DNA from: Chrysomallon squamiferum
Lineage: Eukaryota; Animalia; Mollusca
Length of the DNA stretch: 64,000 nucleotides
Direction of reading: 5' to 3'
Assembly: GCA_012295275.1 (NCBI GenBank)
Contig: CM022672.1
Location: 3,224,001-3,288,000 of the forward strand
Part shown: positions 52,811 to 64,000 of the stretch, piece by piece
Layout: every line of letters begins with the position of its first letter
Numbering within the stretch: position 1 is the first letter of the stretch
Program-made: the position numbers and the translations under genes
The notes under the pieces: model-generated
Databases searched by the model: none
What the model was told of the DNA's origin: nothing
Seen by the model: the letters and a program-made list of their open reading frames with translations, nothing else

Positions 52811-53429
52811 TGGTTGGACGAGCAGAAGGGATCATGTATGGATGGAGAGAAGATGGACTGATAGTAAATGAATGATTGGAACGGAAAAAAATAAAGGCAG
52901 AAAGACAGAAAAAATGGAGGACGGGGAAGAATGATAGATGGATAGATTATATGTGTGTAAAACTTAAACCATTTTTGACATTCGAATGCTACCTACATGG
53001 AATTATTTGAAATTTCGCATCGTAATTAAAGATGCGTTTGTCCATGACAACATGCTATCTACTTTAATAACATTTATAAAATGTTAACATGTCCAGAAAA
53101 TGCCAGCTTTTTAAAGTAATAACAGTTTAAAGCATAAAGAAAGATTCGGTATTTAAGACATTATTTGGATTTCAGAGCACACCTTTCATACAGACAGAAA
53201 AGACTTCCCCAAAACACAAACACATAAAAAAAACCCCACAAAAACAAAGACAACAGAAAAACAATAAATAATTAATAGTATTTAATGTGTATTTATAATA
53301 AAGCATTAGTATACACAATACACAGAAGCATAACATGCTTAACAGTGCTTGCAACATAGTGCATACATTATGAATGTATAAAAATACAGAAAACTATCTT
53401 TAAGATTTACTGTCATTTACTATATCTAG

Positions 53430-55960
53430 TAAAAAGATTATACATACATACATACATACAATGTTTTAAAAGTGTATTATGCTTGTTCACAATTATTTAA
53501 TTGTATGGTTTATTAAAACACTTTATTTCACACAAACGTAAATTAAGCGTATCTGCTTATTTCACAAACGTCTGGTATCCAACAGCATTTTAAATGAAAC
53601 ATACATAAAGCAGAATACTAAAGTTTAAAAAAATATATATATTAATTCCTGGTTAATATAAAAAGGCATATAAAAAGAAGAAAGAAAAAAGAGTAGAAAG
53701 AAAGAAAGAAAGAGAATATTAAGCTGTAAAGTGGTTAATCAATTTACTATAATACTCAAATGATTTTTTTTTTTAAATAAGAAGAAGAATGAAAGCCACA
53801 AAAAAAAAAAAAATAATAATAATAAAAATAACCACTACACTATCATAAATTTAATTAACTGTAATTTGATACACTAACATTTGGTGTAAATAAAATAGTT
53901 CAAAAATAAAATGTTCAAAAACAATCAAAGGGTATGTGGTGTCTTGTTCTGACAAACAAAAGTGAAATAAAAATATTGGATACATAAATTAAAACAGTGA
54001 AGTTTAAGAAATAAGAACATTAATTTATGTTTATTATAGTTCATTATATAAAATGAACAAAATAAAGAAAGAAAATATCCATCTTGGTTAAAATAATAAA
54101 ACAGATCTATTTATAATAATAATCAAATGATATTGAACAAAAAAAAAAACTTATTAAAAGAGAATTACATCATAAAATTAATAAATGCATAATTTGATAC
54201 ATTAACAGTAGAATGTGGTATAAGTTAAACAGTTCGAAAAAAAAATAAAAAATAAAAATAAAGCCCTTCAAAAACAGGTACATGTGCTGCCTTGGCTTAA
54301 AAAATAAAAATGAAAATATATCCATGTTCTAAATGCGTAAGTTAGCTTTCATAACAATAACAATAATAACAATAATAATAATAATAACAATAATAATAAT
54401 AATAGTAATAATAATAATAATAATAATTTAGAGTTGACAACGTGTAAAAACTGTAATCGCCATCATATTTACAATGATTATGGTTATAATTATGACTGTC
54501 ATTATGATGATCATTAAAGTCAACATCTTCAGCTCTCGATGCAAATGTTACTGAAATGTTCACTTTTGTTTGCTTTTCTTTTCGGGATTCTTCTCTTTTC
54601 GTGTTCTCGATTTGTTTTTAAGTCGTTTGTTTTTATTTTGTCTTTTATGCCCTTTATTTCCTTTCCTCTCTTTTTTACCTTTTCGCTTTCCTTTAGAGTT
54701 CTTCTTCCTTCTTCTTCGTCTTTTTTCTTTCTTGTCGTCTTCGCTGTTTATTTTGTTTTTACGATTTTTCCTCTTTTTTCTCAAACCGTTCCACACTGTA
54801 CACTTGTCTTCGGTTTTGTTCAGACACTGTAAGAACCGAAGCAGGTTTTCTAACACGAGCTTTGTAATGGCGATCCCGTAATTTGACCTACGTCTGGCGT
54901 CAAGGTTTGGCGGGAAAGGAACAGACACCATCTTCGAGTACTCTCGCGCTTGTAACGAACTGTTCTCCTTCAGAAGCCACTGGTAGAGATCTAATTCCAC
55001 CTTTCTGTACGTGGGACTTGGTTTGTGTGTAATCTGCTTTTCTTTTATACTTTTCTTTTCCATTTCTATGACCCAGCGTATGTACTCCAGATACAGCATA
55101 GCGCCAAGTACACGCGTGTTGAGTCCAGTTTTCTTTGCCTGCAGAACAATTACATTACTTTAAATAAAGCGAGAGACAGCATTGTTCTACGTATTAGATA
55201 AAACTAGATATATCAGTATTCTACATGTTAATTATAGTTCAGTATATGACGTGTTGCTTGACGTAAAAGCTGTTCAGTATTGTCTAGTGCTAGTTTTAAC
55301 ATTAAAACTAAATTATTTAAATATTTCAAACTCTTCTTACTTTTTTCGGCCATGGTTTGCGAGCAGTTTTGTCTCTTCGTAATTTTCCAGTCTGTCCCGG
55401 CAGAGCGCGCTCTTCTCTTTCGCTCTGAAATAATATTTGACAAATACATATATTAATGTATGTATATGTGCATCCAAACAAACATAAATTTACATGAACA
55501 CACACACATACACATACCCCCCACACACACACACACAGACACACATATGCATATATAGAGACATACATCCACATATACCATCAAAATAACACTAAAATTG
55601 AAAAGTGAAATAAAATTTAAATCTTACAAAAGACGTCAGAAATCGAGAAAGACGAAATTGTATAGAATTTGTAAACAGCTGAAAATCTGTTTGGTTCGTT
55701 GATCTTTCATTTCTGGCTACTTTTGATGAAGACGCTTTTATCCCTGTTTCGAGCACTTTTTTAACACTAAGTCTTTTTCTTGTCCATCGATCATCATTTT
55801 GTGCCGAAATTCCCAACACAACTGTTAAAAAATATAGAGAGAGCCATTACATTACATTCAGTATTAATTATTATCAGTCTACAACGTTCACTGACGTATA
55901 TTTATAATATTACATACGTTAAAAAAGATGATAATAATGAAAAAAAAAATTAATTGTGAA
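53430..55960 (-). repeat. Arm 2 of inverted duplication (partner 39920-42625)
   Basis: Mirror-image ORFs, e.g. 41470..41685+ and 54342..54563-; shared 3' flank. Confidence 0.9.
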
Positions 55961-56285
55961 AAATGATGACAAATTCAGTACGAAGTTCAGTTCCTTTGGT
56001 CAAAATATATAGATGTGTTATTATAATATACATTAATTATCAGCAATCACTAACACACACAGATCTAATGCTTCTTCACCAGTTTACTTCAAAGAAAAAC
56101 AGCAGATGACTTTACTATATTGTTTAGTTTAATCAATGTAACTAAATTCCTTTAAATTATATTAGAGTAAAAAACAGATCAAAAGACTGAGAAGCAGATA
56201 TCTGAACTGTAGATAAAATGTACCTCAGAGATTAAAAACAGAGGATTAATAGTACTAATCCCTGGAGAACACGTACTTTAGAAAG

Positions 56286-56335
<50 letters not shown>

Positions 56336-57119
56336 CAAATGTACACACACACACATTTATATATATATATACGGTTTTAGTTAGTTACAGTTTCAATATG
56401 TCCATGTTAAAATACATGTATTTTTTAAAAAGCTGTAAACAAAAGAATAGTTAGCGGGTTTTTTAACTTATAGATATATACATACATATATAATATCAGA
56501 TAAGTGCACATACATACATACATACATAATATATATATATATATATATTAGTAACATAAAAATGTAAGATTTCAAAATAGTGCGAATATTTTCAATCAAA
56601 AAACAACAACAAAAAAACACACACAAAGAAAAGCAAAGCAAAACAAAAGAAAACAAAAGAAAGATGAAGGAACCCGGCCCATAAAACTACTATTACTGTG
56701 AACAGGTTAATCAGCTGTGTGTTAATTTTTAACATGTAAACATTCACAGACAACGTACCAGGAGATCTGTCAATGAAGCTTGTCTTATAATCACTATCTC
56801 CCGTGAAAATAACTGATACTGAAATAATTTTACATATAACATGCAGGTTGAAATAATATTACATGTTAAGAGCAAAACTGAAATCACTTATGTGTAACAT
56901 ACAGATGAAATAATTTTACATACAACAAGAATACTGAAATAGTTTGTAAGTAATATCCCAGACTGGAATAATTTTATGTTCAACAAACAAATTTAATTAC
57001 TACTGCTACGACTACTACTACTACTGCTACTACTACTAATAATAATAGGAGTAGAAGCAGTAAACGTAATAGTAATAGCCTTAATTATTTACATAGAAAC
57101 AACCATACATACGATCCAT

Positions 57120-57156
<37 letters not shown>

Positions 57157-57446
57157 TACATACATACATACACACATACATACACACATACATACATACA
57201 TACATACATACATACATACATACATTATATATTATGATTTTTGAATTAATATTACTTCAGGTATAAACTATCAGCTATAATTATATTAATTACATGATAT
57301 ATTAACATTTCATATCTGCGATATATATATATATAAGCAAATAAAATAAAATAATTAATTAAAATTAAATGTCACATATAAAAAAATATAATGAAAATGA
57401 TCGCCTTGTTAACAATGAGTGATAAAAATATTTTAAATATAATGTT

Positions 57447-57486
<40 letters not shown>

Positions 57487-57607
57487 GTAATAACTAAATA
57501 AATAAATAAAATGGACTGGAACAAACAAAATAAAATTAAATTAAATTTAAAAACTTACCGAAAAATAAATAAATATAAAGAACTGGTTTAATGCACGACA
57601 GAGTCAT
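54560..57607 (-). CDS. Gene E: near-identical inverted paralog of gene C, ~301 aa; exons 57607-57559, 55821-55628, 55424-55341, 55138-54560
   Basis: Same exon lengths as C (49/194/84/579 nt) with canonical splice sites. 11 aa differences in exons 2-4 by manual count. Exon 1 (MTLSCIKPVLYIYLFF, G|GTAAGT) differs in sequence from exon 1 of C. Confidence 0.85.
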
Positions 57608-58656
57608 CTTACAATAACCTGCTTGCTGTACGTAAAGACTACTTTTGTAAATAATGAAACTATACTTAATGCTTCTTTTATACGCATCATTTGACTGATG
57701 AAGAATTTCCCTTGAAATCGAAAATGTTCCTTAATGTCTGTTACTTATTCCTTTTCTTGTATCGTAGCGTAATGACAGTATTTTATATACTTTTGGGCTG
57801 TCACTGTACAAATCCGGGATTTCTTATTAACTGATTATACAGGTCTTGTGTAATTTACTGCATTTTATCGTATATTTTTTTTTACGATTATTCATTTTAA
57901 TGATTAAACAAAAATAATTTCAAAATCTGCATAGTCAAAAAAAACAAAAAAACAACAACAACAAAACCCCCCCACAAAAAAAACCCCCGATAAGATGAAG
58001 GTATGTTCGCGTCTTACTTCCACCAATGTATTTCTTGGTTCGTTGTACGATCTGTGAGTAATCGTCGTTTTTCGGTACTTCCCGCACTCATTCGTTGCAT
58101 AGCGTAGATTCCCACTCAAGCTATCGATAACAATCGGACATTGACTGTAGGTGAGTGTTTCGTTTCCCGGAGAAAAACGAGAATCCAGTTTGAACTGTCC
58201 AATACATTTTGCTGGCGGAAATCAACTTGTTCGTCTTGTACTTTCTTGATTAATAATAAAACTGCTTTATTTACGTCCAGTTTTGAATAGCCCATTTTTC
58301 TGTCAAAATAAAGTGTTACAGTATTATGATGCATACTGTGATCTGTTCTGTTTAAACTGTTAAACATGACTAGTTGTTTTGTCGTTGTGGTCATTATCAT
58401 CACCACAACGACTTCCACAACAATGGCAATACGAAATTTAGCGAAGAGCAGAGTTTCTGTTAGCAATGTAAAATACCAGTTACGTAAACAGAGCCGTAAT
58501 ATGAAAAATACACATTTGAGTATACTAATCATTTAAATAGCATACAGATTCAAGTAAAATTCAGCGACTAGCAATTTTCTACACTTTAGTAATAGTAGTA
58601 GTAGTAGTATTAGAAGTAGTATTAGTAGCAGTAGCAGCAGCAGTAGTAGTTGTAGA

Positions 58657-58705
<49 letters not shown>

Positions 58706-58919
58706 GTAATGATAAAAACAATCTTTTCGTTACCTACACAGGTATCCAGGAAGACAGCAAATCAAATCCTTGAACGTATTTCCTCGGGAAATCAAAATAC
58801 CAAACACTAACACAATGAGTAAGCATAAACGTGTCTCGACTTTTCGTTCTTTGTTAATATTTCTAAATAATCATTTCGCGACTGTACAGTTTTTCACGCT
58901 TTGAAGAAACATAGGAGTG

Positions 58920-59120
58920 GCTGTAGTTGTAGTAGTAGTAGTAGTAGTAGTAGCGGTAGTAGTAGTAGTAGTAGTAGTAGTACTAGATGCAATGTCCGTA
59001 AAAGTTGTACTGATAGAAGAACTATTAATAATAGTGGTAGTATTAGTAACAACAGCAGCAGTAGTAATACAACAAGTGTCAGTAGTAGTGGTTGTAGAAG
59101 TGATATTAGTAGTAGTAGTA

Positions 59121-59166
<46 letters not shown>

Positions 59167-59242
59167 TATTAATAGTACTGCTCGTATTAATGGTAGTAGT
59201 AGTAATAGAACGAGTAGTACTCCTACTAATAATAATGGAAAC

Positions 59243-59315
<73 letters not shown>

Positions 59316-59443
59316 ATCAGCACATTATTTACGTGGTCAGTATAGTAAAACGTGACACAACCTGCAATAAAACGGGTATTCCTGTTATCTCTTTGTTTAT
59401 CTAACTGTTAGTTTACTTCGGTGGCGGAAACACTGTGCTTCAC

Positions 59444-59524
<81 letters not shown>

Positions 59525-59585
59525 ACAGTAATACTAGCAGTAGTAGTGGGAATAGCAGTTGTAGTAGCAGTAGTAATAATAATAA
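58920..59585. repeat. (TAG)n/(TAA)n low-complexity tract
   Basis: Visible trinucleotide repeats. Confidence 0.9.
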
Positions 59586-60247
59586 CAGCACCGTATTTGA
59601 TATACCAGTAACAGTTACAGTTATTGTGCTACTGTTGTGTTTATTGGGATATTAGCGAAGATGATAGCCATACTTTATAATTATTAAACACTGGTTACCA
59701 GTACAAATACAACAATCAATTGGAAACATTGGTTCGTATCGCTGAAACGACAATTTAATCGCTTGTAAAGAGTTATTGACTCGTGACCTAAATATTTTTC
59801 TTGTTATTAGCAGCGCCCTCTTGGCATTACCTTTAACCTTGAAGGGAAAAAACCCAGGTTATCATTATTTCTTTTTAAGAGAGGCTTCCCGAGGATTTGT
59901 TTACATCAAGGTTATACACGACTGTTTCCACATTCTTCATAAATAGGACATTTCCGTGTCACCAAAGAAAGCACTGTGACCCACCTGTAAGTGGAATATC
60001 CGTTAACAACGAGACAGTTATGTACATTTATTTACACACACACGCACGCACACACACAGACACTCACAGACCGACAGACATATACACACACACACACACA
60101 CACATATAAACCCGCACGTGTTTCGAATGTATAGTATGTATGTATGTGTCTGCGTGCATAAACGATAACTACTACTGCTACTGCTATTGCTACTATTAAT
60201 ACTACTATAATTAATTAATTTAACTGTTAACGAAATAAATTATTTTT

Positions 60248-60620
60248 AAACCACGCTGAGATTATTCCAAATATGTTGATATAGAAATCTCCCATTAAAT
60301 ACAGCGATTACGTTTTAATCCGGTATGACCTTCGACCCACACACTGTCAATATGTAAATTAATTTGAAACAGTTGCGGAACTCTGTCTCTGATCCAAGTG
60401 AAGCTATTTCCTTAAATTACATTTTTCTCACTACTGGAAGACAGAAAAAAAAGTGAATAGTTTTATTACTTGCCTTTTTTGTTTCACGTTTCAGAAGTGA
60501 CATTTGATACGGAATACATGAGGTTTCACAGTGACATATCCCCAATGGTTCATGCGTTTATTTTTAATCATAACAAAATTTCAAAAAAAAATTAATTTAC
60601 CTTAATTTTCTTTCACCCCT
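60248..60620 (-). repeat. Inverted partner of 49252-49562 (with a ~55-bp insertion)
   Basis: Direct reverse-complement comparison. Confidence 0.9.
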
Positions 60621-60659
60621 GCTACTTTGATAGCAGTTTTAGTTATTTTTATAGCAGTT

Positions 60660-60700
<41 letters not shown>

Positions 60701-60899
60701 TGTGATAGTGGAAGCGGTAGTACCAGTATCAGAACAATAGAGTAATAGTGGTGGTAATAGTAACACTAGTAGTAGTAATAGCAGTAGAAGTAAGTGTCAT
60801 AGAGAGATACACCTCAGGGTCTCTCATGTTTACTTTCAGTTATAACAAAATAAGAAATTTAATTTATCTCACAAGATCTTTTGTTGAAGGCTTTGTCTC

Positions 60900-61017
<118 letters not shown>

Positions 61018-61898
61018 CATTCTTTTAATAACTGTAAATTATCCTATGTATGTGTTTGGGTGTATGTGTGTGTGTGAGTGTGTGTGTGTGTGTATATATA
61101 TATATATGTCTAATTCTAAACACACATATACATATGTTTGTATATGTGTGTGTGTATGTAAGTATATATCCATGTGGGTATTTTTAGGATTTGAATGTTC
61201 TCTGTCCTGTGTACGTCTGATTAGACTCTGCACGTAGACAATATTATACGTACATATGCATGTTGCATGTATGCATGCGTGTATATACGTGAGTGTATGT
61301 GTGTGTTTGATTCTCATATGAGCAATATTTACGATATACCTACATGAATTATGTCCCCTTTCTAATGTTTCATCCATTTTTTTTTCCCACTCTTAGCAAA
61401 ATAATATTTGTGATAAAACAGTTTAATAGTGTATTACATACATTTCAGGATGTCCTATAAACATAATGTATGATGTATTGTATATATTTCACAATGTATT
61501 ATAAATATTTCATGATGTCTTATAAACATAATGTATGATGTATTGTATATATTTCACAATGCATTATAAATATTTCATGATGTATGCATTTTATAATATG
61601 TTATATATATTATCTGAAAAGACGTTTTAAAAAAAAGAATTGTGTATGTTATTTACCACAGCTTATAAATGAAAAAAATAATAAAATAAAAAATGATAAA
61701 AAAAGAAGAAGATAATAATAATAATAATAATAAAAAAATAAATAAATCATGGTATAAATTTTTTTTTTTAAATATTTATTCAAATGATAAACAGTAAATT
61801 CTCAGTCCCATTTTATTGTTAATATTACTTTTGCGTTCATGTAATGATGCAGTCATCAAAAGTATTCGTATGTGCTTTCGTGTCTTTGACCACGTGTG

Positions 61899-61943
<45 letters not shown>

Positions 61944-62141
61944 ATAAATATACCAACATGTAATGACGTTTAAAAACTAATTAGAGAGCTTTGACCGAAA
62001 ATTATATATATATATCTGTACACGTTTTTGTTAAAGGTGAATACAAAAATACAGAAAACGTTTTCTTCCAACTTAATTCTTCTTCTTCTTCTTCTTCTTC
62101 TTATTCTTATTCTTATTCTTATTCTTATTCTTCTTCTTCTT

Positions 62142-62207
<66 letters not shown>

Positions 62208-62249
62208 ATTATTATAACTATTATTATTATTATTATTATTATCATTATT

Positions 62250-62281
<32 letters not shown>

Positions 62282-62559
62282 TTGCGGGAAAGTACATTTA
62301 ATTCACATTCTTTGTTGATAATCGGATTATCTACGGAACGTGACACGGATATATATTTTTAGAAATACTGTTGCAAGAAACGATTTTAGAGACTTTAATA
62401 TTAAAAATGTTTAATGTTGTGTTAAACATTCACTAACTTTTATCGCTAGTATTTTGACAGCATATCATTTTACTGAGTTGGAACAAAAAGGCGCAGTGTG
62501 TATGATTTGGTTAAACTGGCCTTCATGACGTACATTTTATTTTTTTTTTATTTATTATT

Positions 62560-62594
<35 letters not shown>

Positions 62595-62786
62595 TCTATT
62601 TATTTATCTGTTTATTATTTTATTTATTTATTTATCTGTTTAATTATCTGTTTATTATTTTATTTATTTATTTATTTATTTATTTTTAATTTATTTTGCT
62701 CAATTTTATAACTCATAGTAGTGTCAATTTTCTTCTTCTTCTTCTTATTATTTTTTTATTATTTTTATTTATTATTGTTATTATTA

Positions 62787-62854
<68 letters not shown>

Positions 62855-64000
62855 TATTATTAATTCAGCAACATTTTTCTTAGAATTAAAATAATGCAAA
62901 AACTAAAACACATGACTGATCGTGCAGTAAGTGAAAAATGAGGTTCTCTTTTGAATAAGAGAACCAATTCCCATTAGTACTTACTGGAAAGCAGAGAGAC
63001 AATCTGTTTTGCTGCTACCACAAAATCGTGTCCACTTATCGCCATAATCCTTCAGGAGTTACCTCCCATTATTATTGTAAAATCAAGTAATAGTTCCTTT
63101 TTCATTTTTTTATTTCTTATTATTGTTATTATTTATTTATTTATTTTAAACTTCATTATGGCTGTTTTCTGAATTCATATTTCAGGGATTTCTTGTTCAG
63201 TTTTGAAGAATTATAAAAATAATTTATTAAATTACTACACATTTTCGATAATATAATGGATTTTCATTTCCTTAAAAACTACCATAATAAACTCTCTCTC
63301 TCTCTCTTGATATTTAATCAAACCGATTGGCTATCACCGGCCAATCAAATATCAGTAAGAAATTATTAAAATATTTTTCCCGGTTATAGTTTATTGTTAT
63401 TTATTAACACCTGGGCAGGTAAGTGATAGGGTGGGTCCAGGATTTAATAAAAGCGGAAGAATTAATAATAAAAAAATGACGATGATGTTGATGATGACGA
63501 AGATGACAACGACGATGACGATAATAATAATATAAATAAATAAAAATTAGTAGAGACAGGTAGAGAAAGACAGAGATTAACTAGAGCGAAAGAAAAGAAA
63601 AATGAAGACTTATTATTTTTCTTAATCTTTAATATAATTTCTTTAAGTGATAGATGAACGAAAGTTTTAAAATGCATTTAAAAAAATCAACAAAGAAAAA
63701 AAACATTTTCACCTCTGCAGTCGAAGAATTTGAGCCATATTTTAAAAAAATAAAAAAGAGGAATAAAAGAAGGAAATGAAACTAATCTAACTTAAAACGA
63801 AAATTCTTAACTTTTGTTTGCTACAATGTATTTTTCTCTCTGCCTGTCTATTCATTTACGTACGTACATTTTTCCTAGATTTAGATTTCATATTTACTCA
63901 AATAGCTATTGGAAAATGTTATGATTTATCTTCTAAATTTTATATTTTTCTCCCGTTGAGGACCATGTTTGCAGTTCACATGATAAAATATTTGCCCACT

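Overview
AT-rich, microsatellite-laden animal genomic DNA (invertebrate; one degenerate repeat hints at a gastropod, unverified). Most ORF-track entries are simple-repeat artefacts. Manual splicing reveals a cluster of five multi-exon genes (A 4077-7379 -, B 13795-16848 -, C 39225-41473 +, D 45928-47443+ -, E 54560-57607 -). A, B, C and E are complete 4-exon models with GT-AG introns of phase 1-0-0; D shows the same phases but its first exon was not found. The products are ~230-300 aa secreted proteins with amphipathic segments resembling helices B and D of long-chain four-helix IL-6/LIF/CNTF-type cytokines. Four have long Lys/Arg-rich tails. The cytokine assignment rests on gene architecture and remembered motif similarity, not a database search. 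Also present: an inverted near-identical duplication of C/E with dissimilar first exons, an orphan exon that may give B an alternative N-terminus, a ~3.2-3.7 kb tandem duplication with composite satellites, a 42-bp minisatellite, a decayed Gypsy fragment and several shared non-coding modules.
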